Positions 30,872 through 39,673 of a stretch of 64,000 nucleotides of DNA are shown piece by piece (the stretch's first letter is position 1; every line of letters begins with the position of its first letter). The translations under genes were made by a program, and so were the position numbers. This stretch comes from an uncultured virus (IMG/VR IMGVR_UViG_3300000478_000004) (taxonomy: Duplodnaviria > Heunggongvirae > Uroviricota > Caudoviricetes): IMG/VR virus record IMGVR_UViG_3300000478_000004, one strand, 5' to 3'. Below the pieces are notes generated by a model. That model was not told the origin of the DNA. It saw only the letters and a program-made list of their open reading frames with translations, and did no database searches.

Positions 30872-30903
30872 ACCCTGCTCATACTAGTAAGCAGGAGGTT
30901 CCC

Positions 30904-31221
30904 ATGATTTTTGATTCCTACGTAATCACACAAAGTGCCCTTAACGAAATCTACCTTCACACACTCTACAACGAGAAGGAAGTCAGGTCCAGCGTCACCT
31001 GTACATGCCTTCACTGTAAGGCTACGTTTGCCTCCGAGGAGGCGTCCTTTAAAGAGGGGGCTGCGGTGTGCCCTAGGTGTTTTGTCTCCTCGGTAGTTGG
31101 ATCTAACAGTGGGGTGGAGATGACGTCTTCTCTCCTTGACGCTCTTCACGAGTTTTGGTTTGAGCGTCAGGTTCTTCCTCCTGACTTTGACTATCATTGG
31201 TTCGACCCTGTTAGTGAGTAG
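30904..31221 (+). CDS. Small zinc-ribbon protein
   Basis: AGGAGG SD before ATG 30904. CTCLHC...CPRC...SVVG and C-terminal LHEFWF. Confidence 0.65.
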   Translation: MIFDSYVITQSALNEIYLHTLYNEKEVRSSVTCTCLHCKATFASEEASFKEGAAVCPRCFVSSVVGSNSGVEMTSSLLDALHEFWFERQVLPPDFDYHWFDPVSE

Positions 31222-31223
31222 GC

Positions 31224-31868
31224 GTGAAGACAGTACGAAATATAAGTTCGTCCATAATTCCAATGGAGAGGTTCCCGACGAAGAGGTGGTTTACTTCGTC
31301 TGGTGACGATCTTTGGTATTATCATGCGCCTAGAGGGAAGGTAGACCTTCCTACCTCTTCTGACTTTACCTCCAGTCTCGACCCTTTTGTAAAGCCTTTG
31401 GTGGATTTCCTTCACCTACGTCGTATAAAAACCACTCCCTCTTGTTCTGGTCACTCACACGATGAGAACCACCTTCTTAAGGTCTGGTCTAAGCTGGTGA
31501 GAGACGCCAAATCTATAAAATCCAAAGGTTTGGTGCTTACTGACGTAGAGAACAATGGAACCTTCCTCTTCCGTAATAAGGACTACCAGATTCCATGGAG
31601 GTCTTTTCATGATTTTTTCTCTGACATATCTGAAGATCAGAGAAGAGGATACTTAGGATTTTGGATTAGCGATCCTCACATCAAGAGGAATCTAAGAAAT
31701 ATCCTAACGGACCCGTCTTCTACTTCTTCCTCGTTCTTGGAGGATAAACAAAATCCGGATGCCTCCTTGTTTTCTCTCAATGTAATTGCTAAAGACGAAG
31801 AAGAAAGAAAAGAGGAGTGGGGTAGGTGGACTGAGTTTATCAGAGATGCTTTTGTTGGTATATTCTGA
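31224..31868 (+). CDS. Hypothetical protein with a T-x-x-S-C-S-G-H motif (TYW3-like N-terminal motif)
   Basis: LDPFVKPLVDFL...IKTTPSCSGH resembles the D..I..LV..LN.....T.SSCSG motif of TYW3-like proteins. Confidence 0.45.
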   Translation: MKTVRNISSSIIPMERFPTKRWFTSSGDDLWYYHAPRGKVDLPTSSDFTSSLDPFVKPLVDFLHLRRIKTTPSCSGHSHDENHLLKVWSKLVRDAKSIKSKGLVLTDVENNGTFLFRNKDYQIPWRSFHDFFSDISEDQRRGYLGFWISDPHIKRNLRNILTDPSSTSSSFLEDKQNPDASLFSLNVIAKDEEERKEEWGRWTEFIRDAFVGIF

Positions 31869-31879
31869 TTATAGTGACC

Positions 31880-32377
31880 ATGTGGATATTACAACTCACT
31901 CTTTCTTTTTTGGTCGGTAATCTGTTGGAGTGGGTTTTACACAAGTACGTACTACATGGTATAGGCGGGTCACCCAAAAGCTCCCTATCTTTTCACTGGA
32001 TGCGTCATCACCGCTTTGTGCGAAAAAACAGGTTCTCCGACCCAGACTATAATCAACCTTGGTACGACTGGAATTCCAGGACTAAGGAGATAGCCTGCCT
32101 TGTAGCTATGGCAGTAGTAGCGTCTCCTCTACTCCTTTGGGTTCCAGTTTTTTACTTTGGTTTGGTTTTCTGGACGCTCTTGTACTATCAGGTGCATAGG
32201 GTGTCTCACATGCATCCTTCCTTTGGGAAGAAGTATCTTAGGTGGCACTACGACCACCATATGGGCACAAATCAACATTCTAATTGGTGTGTGGTAATTC
32301 CTTTGTGGGACTACCTTCTCGGCACTCGTGTAAAGTACGTAGAAGACGAGAAGGGAAGACTCAGTCCCCTTCGGTAA
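31880..32377 (+). CDS. Fatty acid hydroxylase / sterol desaturase family protein
   Basis: His boxes EWVLHKYVLH, HWMRHH, HRVSH and WHYDHH, then NW...LWDYLLGT, with TM segments. Confidence 0.88.
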   Translation: MWILQLTLSFLVGNLLEWVLHKYVLHGIGGSPKSSLSFHWMRHHRFVRKNRFSDPDYNQPWYDWNSRTKEIACLVAMAVVASPLLLWVPVFYFGLVFWTLLYYQVHRVSHMHPSFGKKYLRWHYDHHMGTNQHSNWCVVIPLWDYLLGTRVKYVEDEKGRLSPLR

Positions 32378-32407
32378 GATTTCTACCTCAACACATTCTG
32401 GAATTCA

Positions 32408-34522
32408 ATGAAGAAGACTGCCTCTGGCATCGTTCGTCCTGTTACCTTGGGCGAATTTTCCAAAAGTTCCATGTATACCTACGGCACGTTTGTTCTCACA
32501 GACAGAGCCGTAGCTGACGTGAGGGATGGACTCAAGCCAGTTCACAGGAGAATTTTGTGGTCTATGTACCACTTGAAGGGAGCTGGATTTAAGAAAAGCG
32601 CCAAAGTGGTAGGTGATACCATGGGGTCTTATCACCCCCATGGCGACAAGGCTATCTATGATACCCTGGTAAACCTGGTAGGAGACAGGTACCCTCTTGT
32701 GGAAGGACACGGAAATTTCGGGTCACCCACTGACTCCGCTGCTAGCATGAGGTACACGGAGGTACGTCTTACCCCTCTGGCCAATGAACTATTTCATGAT
32801 ATCGAGGTTGCTGATTTTGTACCCAACTATTCCGGTGATAAGAAGGAACCTCTTGTTCTTCCCTCACGCATACCTCTTTTGCTTCTTAACGGGTCCTCTG
32901 GTATTGGAGTAGCTCTTAGGGCGTCTATTCCTCCGCATAACCTGCGTGAATTGGTCCGGGTTCTGGTGTATTACATCAAGAAGGACCGCCCGTCCATTAA
33001 CACCATCCTAAAACACCTACCTGGACCTGACTATGGGTATGGTATACTATTGTCTTCTCCTGACGAGGTTAAGGCTCTATACGAGAGTGGGTCAGGATCC
33101 TTGAGCTACCGTTGCGACTACTCTTTCGAGAAAACAAAATCAGGACATGTCTTGGTGGTAAAGAGCCTGGCTCCCGGATTCAACATGGGGAGCTTTCTTT
33201 CCAAGATGAAAAAACTCTCTGACGAGGGTCTCATAATTAGTTGTTCTGACGGTACTAACTCTGAGGGAGTTAGGATATATGTAGAGTTCTCTGACCCTAT
33301 GGTCCTTAAAGAGAGGGTCATTCCGGAGCTTCACACCACTCAAAGCTATCAGTTCTACGTTGTGAAGAGATCTACTGAAGAGGCTGGGGAGCTTACCGAG
33401 GATAGCCTTTTTTGTGGTGGACTCTTACGCTTATTTGAAGAGTTTGTAGGCTTTCGTCGTGTGGTGGAAGAACTTCGCCTCAAAAGAGATTTGAGGATAG
33501 CTAAGTCTAATTTGTCCCGCGCTAAGGCTCTCCTGGCTGCCATATCTAACTTGGACAAGGTGTACGATGTTCTAAAGGACAAGCATGAGTCTATGGACCA
33601 TCTTGTTCTGCGTCTTTCTCAGTCCCTATCCATAAAAGAAAAGCAGGCCAGATTCATCTTGGAAATGAAAGTTCAGCAGCTTTCTAGAATGAACGAAGAC
33701 TCTCAGAAGGAAAAAATAGAGAACATACGACGTACAATATCTAGCATCAAAGATGATCTCTCTAACATAGACGAAGTTATTGTTCGATCTCTTAAGGGCC
33801 TTTTGCCGTTTTTTGACGAACGTGGGACCGTTCTCGGTTCAGACACAGAGCCTCCGTCCCTAGACGTCAAGGTTCAGAAGAAGTACATTGTTTCTTCCGG
33901 AAACAAGATCATCCGTTTGGACAGGGAGCCCAGCAGAAGGCATAAGTTTGACTATCTGTGCTCCGCCTCCTCCTACGTAACTGCTGTACTTGCTAATAAC
34001 GAAGCACACACTTTCTCCCTTGCCTACCTGAAAGAAGAGACGCTGTCCCACCCAATAGTAGGTATAATTCCTGATTGCCTGCCTACCTTGGCAGTAGATT
34101 CTTCAGGTAAATACGTTGCTGTTAACACCCCAGACAAGACCTTCAAGGTAATGCGTGGTGCCACCACGTTGTCCCTTGCCGTTCCAGTCTATCCAGAGGG
34201 GAAGGTCCTTTTCTCCTCTGACTCTGGTGACGCAAAGGTTATTAGGGGTTCTTCCATAGAATGCACTAGGGCGTTTGTGAGGGGAAAAAGTCTATTTCCA
34301 CGTAAGTGCATATCTAAAGTTGTGTCCTTGGACAAGGGTCATAGGGCCTACGGCCCCGACGCAATTCCTATAAGTGTAAAAAATCCTATTCCTGAATCTG
34401 TTTACGTACTTTCCTCCAACAACTTTCTGTTTGTAAAGGAGGACAAGAAAGAAATTGCCCCCTTAGATGTTTCACTGAATCTACTCTCCTCTGGTGTTGT
34501 GGAGAGATCCTTCCCTCTTTGA
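32408..34522 (+). CDS. Type IIA topoisomerase A subunit (GyrA/ParC-like)
   Basis: DGLKPVHRR, KSAKVVG, YHPHGD, GNFGS, SMRYTE (catalytic Tyr), NGSSGIGV, IPPHN; divergent C-terminal domain. Confidence 0.95.
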   Translation: MKKTASGIVRPVTLGEFSKSSMYTYGTFVLTDRAVADVRDGLKPVHRRILWSMYHLKGAGFKKSAKVVGDTMGSYHPHGDKAIYDTLVNLVGDRYPLVEGHGNFGSPTDSAASMRYTEVRLTPLANELFHDIEVADFVPNYSGDKKEPLVLPSRIPLLLLNGSSGIGVALRASIPPHNLRELVRVLVYYIKKDRPSINTILKHLPGPDYGYGILLSSPDEVKALYESGSGSLSYRCDYSFEKTKSGHVLVVKSLAPGFNMGSFLSKMKKLSDEGLIISCSDGTNSEGVRIYVEFSDPMVLKERVIPELHTTQSYQFYVVKRSTEEAGELTEDSLFCGGLLRLFEEFVGFRRVVEELRLKRDLRIAKSNLSRAKALLAAISNLDKVYDVLKDKHESMDHLVLRLSQSLSIKEKQARFILEMKVQQLSRMNEDSQKEKIENIRRTISSIKDDLSNIDEVIVRSLKGLLPFFDERGTVLGSDTEPPSLDVKVQKKYIVSSGNKIIRLDREPSRRHKFDYLCSASSYVTAVLANNEAHTFSLAYLKEETLSHPIVGIIPDCLPTLAVDSSGKYVAVNTPDKTFKVMRGATTLSLAVPVYPEGKVLFSSDSGDAKVIRGSSIECTRAFVRGKSLFPRKCISKVVSLDKGHRAYGPDAIPISVKNPIPESVYVLSSNNFLFVKEDKKEIAPLDVSLNLLSSGVVERSFPL

Positions 34523-34531
34523 CGGTACTTT

Positions 34532-35224
34532 ATGACTACGATTATCGGAATTTCTGGGTACAAAGGCCATGGCAAGGATTCTCTCGCAAGAATGATAGCC
34601 GAGTGTGACCCCTCCTGGTACCTTACTCACTTTGCTGACCCGCTAAAGAACATGTGCATGAAGGTCTTTTCCCTTACGCACCAACAGGTATACGACGATT
34701 CCGGCAAGGAAACTCCTCTTACCCAGCCTATAGAGATGGACAGTTACCTGGATCTTATGAGGGAGGCCACAGGAATTGACATCCTTCCTAGGGGACTGGT
34801 GGCTAATATCCCCAGGCAGGTTCTACAGTATTTCGGAACAGAGTACGTTCGCTCCGTGAGTCCTACCTACTGGATAGACCTGTTGAATTCTATCGTATCC
34901 TCCTACGACAAGGTGGTCATCTCGGACTTGAGGTTTCTAAATGAAGAGAAGTTTCTCAAGAGTAAGGACTCTTTTACCATAAGAGTGAAACGCATAGACC
35001 TACCCAGTTCTGGGGACCCCCACCAGTCCGAGTTGGAGATCGCCTCCCTGCGTCCGGACCTAGAGCTGGGAACGCTAACAAACAGCTTTTCTCTCCAGTA
35101 CAAGGTGGCTAACTTAATTTCTTCCCTCGACTTCTCTTCTGTTGTGCGTTATGACTACCGATCTTACGAATATCTTCACGATTACTACAGCGCTCCTTCT
35201 GTAAGGAGCGAACCCTCCTCATAG
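34532..35224 (+). CDS. Deoxynucleoside monophosphate kinase (T4 gp1-like)
   Basis: IIGISGYKGHGKD, FADPLK, PRQVLQYFGTE, W, VISDLRFLNE, HQSE. Confidence 0.88.
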   Translation: MTTIIGISGYKGHGKDSLARMIAECDPSWYLTHFADPLKNMCMKVFSLTHQQVYDDSGKETPLTQPIEMDSYLDLMREATGIDILPRGLVANIPRQVLQYFGTEYVRSVSPTYWIDLLNSIVSSYDKVVISDLRFLNEEKFLKSKDSFTIRVKRIDLPSSGDPHQSELEIASLRPDLELGTLTNSFSLQYKVANLISSLDFSSVVRYDYRSYEYLHDYYSAPSVRSEPSS

Positions 35225-35244
35225 TAAGTATGTGAGGTGACGCT

Positions 35245-35490
35245 ATGTATCTGGTTTCGTTTTTTATCCTTGTCGTGGCCTTGGTAGAGGTTATATTCTT
35301 TTTCTACCTACGTATGAGGCACCGAGAGCTTCTTTCTCAGAAAGTTGTTCTAGATGAGCTTCACGACCACTACTTGCGGAAGACGCAAGAAGCAGAAGCT
35401 ATGTTTCAAGAGGCTACTTCCTTCTACAAGGAGGCTTCTTCTATGGCCAAAAGTCTAGAAAAACATATTGTAGACTTTTCCTTGAACTGA
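35245..35490 (+). CDS. Small membrane-anchored coiled-coil protein
   Basis: GAGGTG SD, N-terminal TM, then a helical region. Confidence 0.6.
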   Translation: MYLVSFFILVVALVEVIFFFYLRMRHRELLSQKVVLDELHDHYLRKTQEAEAMFQEATSFYKEASSMAKSLEKHIVDFSLN

Positions 35491-35502
35491 AAACCTAAAC
35501 CC

Positions 35503-35997
35503 ATGGAGAAGGGACCAGTTTGCGCTGGTCCCTTTACGTTTTATGCGCTACTTGGTAGGGCACCCACAGAAGCAGACCTTGCCCGGCTTTTGGATAACCC
35601 CAATTGGAGGTCTTCTCTGGGCGTCTCTGCCTTTGACGCGGGGCTGGTACAGTATAGGTGGCCCGGTGCCGCTGCTCGTGCCGCAGGGGTAGAGAGAGCG
35701 TCTAGCTTGTTGGACGCTAGGGTAAGTATTCGCCTTCTTGCGCACTCCCTGAGTTCCTACAGGCGTGCGTGTTCTTCTGTCACCTCCTACAGAGGAGTTC
35801 ACCTTGTAAATAGGAGGGATGGGTCTGTTCGTACGTTACGCTATGACATTCCCTGTGGCGATGGCTATTGGGTTCAACACAATAGTCCTTCCAGGTTCAA
35901 CTACCGCTACTTTCGAAATGTAAGTACTTGGATCTCTAGGTTCAAGAGTGCTGCTACCAGTCACACAGTCACTAATCAGGAGGGCACCTCGTCATGA
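35503..35997 (+). CDS. Hypothetical protein with partial lytic-transglycosylase-like motifs
   Basis: DAGLVQ...LLDARVSIRLLAHSL resembles the SLT D.GLMQ...L.DP..NI pattern; no clear upstream catalytic ES. Confidence 0.35.
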   Translation: MEKGPVCAGPFTFYALLGRAPTEADLARLLDNPNWRSSLGVSAFDAGLVQYRWPGAAARAAGVERASSLLDARVSIRLLAHSLSSYRRACSSVTSYRGVHLVNRRDGSVRTLRYDIPCGDGYWVQHNSPSRFNYRYFRNVSTWISRFKSAATSHTVTNQEGTSS

Positions 35998-36440
35998 GCG
36001 AAGAAACGAAGAAAATGTCTCTGGACCAGGAGTTTTGGGCTATTAACGAGAGATCTGACGTTGGTGTACCTGCGGTAGAGCTAGACATCACGACAGGTAA
36101 ATACGTTGTTCTCGTATTCTCCTCGAAGGAGTCCGCCAAAAAGTACTGCTGGGTTAGGAAGCCAGAGGCGGTGGAACACCTTTATGCGCTACAGCGTCGT
36201 ACTCTCACTCTTGCTTCGGGCAAGAAAGAGACTCAGCAGGTTGGCTTGATAAAAATTGCAAGAAACATTGTGATGAACAAGCTGGACCACATCACACATT
36301 TCGTTGTAGACCATCCGGGAACAAGCGGTTCCGCCACATACATAGCAGTGGAGGACATAGCAATGGTGGGTAGGACTCCTGTACCAAAGGGTGCTAGCTC
36401 TTCCGAGCTAAGAGACGCCATAGAGAACTTGGAAGATTGA
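35994..36440 (+). CDS. Hypothetical protein
   Basis: 148 aa with an ATGA overlap and a GGAGG SD-like site. Confidence 0.6.
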   Translation: MSEETKKMSLDQEFWAINERSDVGVPAVELDITTGKYVVLVFSSKESAKKYCWVRKPEAVEHLYALQRRTLTLASGKKETQQVGLIKIARNIVMNKLDHITHFVVDHPGTSGSATYIAVEDIAMVGRTPVPKGASSSELRDAIENLED

Positions 36441-36444
36441 CTGA

Positions 36445-36480
36445 AAGGGGCTGGTCGTAATGACCGGCCCCTTCGTCTTT
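36445..36480 (+). terminator. Rho-independent terminator
   Basis: AAGGGGCTGGTC-gtaat-GACCGGCCCCTT followed by cgtcttt, immediately after the stop at 36440. Confidence 0.75.
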
Positions 36481-36511
36481 AACCCTGCTTCATAACCTGC
36501 TATATTGTTAC

Positions 36512-37561
36512 GTGGCCGAAGAAAAACCAGAAGACTACATTTTCACAGCCGTGCCCCGATCTAAGCGGGAGGTTGTAGCAAAGGACGCCGAGGCTAGAGT
36601 CACTGAGACAGTGAAATCGGCAGTCCAATCTTATCTTAGCCTCTTCCTGTCCCAAGAGGGTATACACAGGAGACTGCTAAACCTGACTGCTGGGTTTTCT
36701 GTTCAATTCGAGACACGAATAAAAGGGTCCCGCGACAGCGAAGACCCGTCCGTGTACGCGGTTCAGTTGCAAAGATACTGGGGAGACCTGAGGCAGCGTC
36801 TTCCTTGTATCATATTGGTAGACACTGGCTTTGAGTACGAGAATCCCGGACTTGGCGGGATAACCGACTCATGGCCTATTAACATCAACACTTCTTCTGT
36901 TCAGCTTTCCATGTTAGCCAAAGTTCCCATGGACTTGCGTGTTGCGGCCTTGGATGAAACCACCTGTGCGGACATTAGGGATCTACTGGTGTACATATTT
37001 GGCCCCCTTTCTCACATAAACAAGGGCCACGTCATTCGTAGTAAGAGACACGAGGACAAGTGGGAGGTGCGCCTTCCTCTCGACTTTCAGGCATCCGGTC
37101 TAGACAGACAAAATGTTACAGATGATCCTGTAGACGTGTTGTGGACCTCCACAGTGTCCATAACTCCTTCTTTTGAAGGGCTTATCACTGTTGGGTTCGA
37201 TAACCAAGTACACCCAGACATGATAAGGGTTCAGAGTGGGTTTGACTCGGTTGTGCCCGTTGGGTTCAGGCTGGACACAGGACAGGCTGTTCCCCTCTCT
37301 ACAGCTCCCTCTACTTCCTCCATACGTGTACCCTCTACCGTAAAGCTATCTCAGCACACAGTGATAGAGGCAGACTGGATACCTGCCCGTGCCACGTTTA
37401 TCACTGATAACCCACGTATAGCGCTGGTAGACCAAAAGACTTGTGCCATAGTTCCTAAAAGACTCGGAACCTTCTCTGTAAAATTGGTCCAAGATACTCC
37501 TGGGTCTGATAGTGGGCCCAAGGTGTTGCAGTCCTGGCAAGTCAAGGTCATACCCTCCTGA
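36512..37561 (+). CDS. Putative neck/tail-completion structural protein
   Basis: 349 aa with RLPCIILV.....and an Ig-like C-terminus; located upstream of the sheath gene. The call is mostly contextual. Confidence 0.4.
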   Translation: MAEEKPEDYIFTAVPRSKREVVAKDAEARVTETVKSAVQSYLSLFLSQEGIHRRLLNLTAGFSVQFETRIKGSRDSEDPSVYAVQLQRYWGDLRQRLPCIILVDTGFEYENPGLGGITDSWPININTSSVQLSMLAKVPMDLRVAALDETTCADIRDLLVYIFGPLSHINKGHVIRSKRHEDKWEVRLPLDFQASGLDRQNVTDDPVDVLWTSTVSITPSFEGLITVGFDNQVHPDMIRVQSGFDSVVPVGFRLDTGQAVPLSTAPSTSSIRVPSTVKLSQHTVIEADWIPARATFITDNPRIALVDQKTCAIVPKRLGTFSVKLVQDTPGSDSGPKVLQSWQVKVIPS

Positions 37562-38436
37562 TGTCTAACAAAATCTACTGGGCAGATAATTTAGACGTAC
37601 TTCGTTTACTTCCCGATGAGTCAATAGACTTGGTCTATACGGATCCTCCATTTAACACCGGAAAGACTCAAAAAAGACAAAACAAAAAGATGTCTTCCGT
37701 GGTGGGTACCGGAGACCAAGAGGGATTTGCTGGTAAACAATATGTGATCAAGGACCTCGGCGAGGTCATGTCCTATCAGGACGCTTATTATGGGGCGTAT
37801 CTACAATTTCTGTCCCTACGCTTGAAGGAGATTCATAGGGTCTTGAAGCCTAGCGGGTCCTTATATCTTCACCTGGACTATAGGGAATCTGCCTACGCTC
37901 GTGTTGTGGGAGACTCTATCTTTGGTAGGGAAAACTACCTAAACGAGATAATTTGGGCCTATGACTACGGAGGAAAACCAAAGGACAGGTGGCCAGCAAA
38001 ACATGACAACATTCACCTATGGGTTAAGTCTAAGGGGAACCACTTCTTTACTATAGAAGATATAGATAGAATACCCTACATGGCCCCAGGAATGGTAAGT
38101 GAGGAAAAGGCCATACGAGGTAAGCGGCCAACTTCGACCTGGTGGCATACCATAGTTAGTCCCACCGGAAAAGAAAAGACCGGATACCCCACACAAAAAC
38201 CACTTGGACTAGCAGAGAGGATAGTTAGAGCCTCTAGTCCCTTAGGTGGTACTGTGTTAGACATATTTGGAGGCAGCGGTACTGTAGGTGAGGCTGCCCT
38301 GAAAAATAATCGGAACTTCATACTTGTGGATTCAAACAAGCAGGCCATAGGGGTTATGCGTTCTAGGTTTTCTTCCTATATGTCTGATGGGCACAAGATA
38401 AAGTTCATAAACAAAATGGAGAGAAAAAATGGTTAG
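37561..38436 (+). CDS. N4-cytosine/N6-adenine DNA methyltransferase (beta class), orphan
   Basis: DLVYTDPPF (motif IV), YPTQKP, and VLDIFGGSGT (motif I) in beta-class order. Confidence 0.92.
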   Translation: MSNKIYWADNLDVLRLLPDESIDLVYTDPPFNTGKTQKRQNKKMSSVVGTGDQEGFAGKQYVIKDLGEVMSYQDAYYGAYLQFLSLRLKEIHRVLKPSGSLYLHLDYRESAYARVVGDSIFGRENYLNEIIWAYDYGGKPKDRWPAKHDNIHLWVKSKGNHFFTIEDIDRIPYMAPGMVSEEKAIRGKRPTSTWWHTIVSPTGKEKTGYPTQKPLGLAERIVRASSPLGGTVLDIFGGSGTVGEAALKNNRNFILVDSNKQAIGVMRSRFSSYMSDGHKIKFINKMERKNG

Positions 38437-39046
38437 AATAGCTTTTTCCTGGATTAGATTTTCTTTTGTGGCCCCGTGGGCAGTAATTTGTTGGGCAGTG
38501 GTTCTTCTTGCCTGCGTTCTTCAACTCGCTAGTTTTCGCTCTCTTCGAATGGAGAACACAGGTATCCTTACCACCTTTTGGCGTCCTTGGTTCGCTAAGG
38601 TGTGGAAATTTTCCACTACCCTTGGAAGGGGTATCCTCTATCACCCCTCACACAGAGATCCTTCTGTGGAGGATGACGAGCGCATTGAGCAACATGAAAG
38701 GATTCACGTTGCCCAGGTTGAGGACCTGATGCTCACCAGCTTTTTAGTTGGCTTGTCTGTATCTATAGTTACTGGAAACGTTTTACTCGGCTTTATACTT
38801 TGGGTTTCGGGAGGCCTGTGGCAGATCCCCAATTGGGTGTCTGCTGTTCTTCGTTACGGCCACCACGTAAAGAAGCCGGAAGGAAAGGGGTTCTTCGCCT
38901 CTACTAAGTCCATCATATCCCAGGTATTTGACATTGCCTACCGTGATTCCGAACATGAACGCTCTGCATACGCACAGACGGATGTTTTGGGCGGGTCAGT
39001 TGACGAATCCTGGGCAGCACAGCGAGATAAGGAAAGATCCTTGTGA
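38429..39046 (+). CDS. Membrane protein with an HExxH zincin-like motif
   Basis: TM segments, TLGRGI...HERIHVAQ, and a downstream Y...EHE..AY. Confidence 0.55.
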   Translation: MVRIAFSWIRFSFVAPWAVICWAVVLLACVLQLASFRSLRMENTGILTTFWRPWFAKVWKFSTTLGRGILYHPSHRDPSVEDDERIEQHERIHVAQVEDLMLTSFLVGLSVSIVTGNVLLGFILWVSGGLWQIPNWVSAVLRYGHHVKKPEGKGFFASTKSIISQVFDIAYRDSEHERSAYAQTDVLGGSVDESWAAQRDKERSL

Positions 39047-39117
39047 TTCCAGTTCTTAAACGTTTTTTCATCACGCTTATCTAGGTCTGTTCCATTCTCT
39101 TTACGTAGAGTTCTCCC

Positions 39118-39609
39118 ATGCACAATACCGTAGTATCTTTTTTGAGGAAACTTGCTGCCGAAGCAGAACGCAGGGGTCTTGACGATATATCTTATCGAAT
39201 AGGTTCCTCTCTTCGTGAAATTGAGGCAGAGGAGACAATAAGACTTGCTGCCTCTAAGTCTGAATCCAACATAGAAGTAGAGAGCTGGCCAGACTTTCTT
39301 AATTGGTGGAACAACAACAGGGGCCAAAACCTAATCTATATTTTCATGGATAGTTACGGTCCTGACAGTGAGCAGGTGCGTCTCGTGAAGAAGCTAGTCC
39401 GAGACGCAGAGAAGCATGAAAAAGATCTTCATGAGTTTTATCGTACACTTAGGGATCTTGCTTCGCAAAAGATGGACATGGACCCCGGACAGTCTTCCTC
39501 CCCTCCCCCTTCTGACCAAGAGGAAGACTTCTCCCTTGAATCCCCTGCTGAGGATGACAGCGACGGAGAAGTGAACGCACTCGATGAGATTGCGTTAGAC
39601 CTAGAGTGA
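39118..39609 (+). CDS. Protein with an N-terminal helical-hairpin motif and an acidic C-terminus
   Basis: 163 aa; LRKLAAEAERRG motif. Confidence 0.6.
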   Translation: MHNTVVSFLRKLAAEAERRGLDDISYRIGSSLREIEAEETIRLAASKSESNIEVESWPDFLNWWNNNRGQNLIYIFMDSYGPDSEQVRLVKKLVRDAEKHEKDLHEFYRTLRDLASQKMDMDPGQSSSPPPSDQEEDFSLESPAEDDSDGEVNALDEIALDLE

Positions 39610-39626
39610 AATATTCCATATCGAAT

Positions 39627-39658
39627 CTATGCCTACTGGGGTAACCCAGAGTACATAG
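39627..39658 (+). promoter_or_regulatory. GNRA-capped stem-loop in the sheath gene leader
   Basis: CTATG..TAC-TGGG-GTAA-CCCA..GTA-CATAG just upstream of the AAGAGG SD. Confidence 0.4.
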
Positions 39659-39673
39659 TAATAAAGAGGAAAA

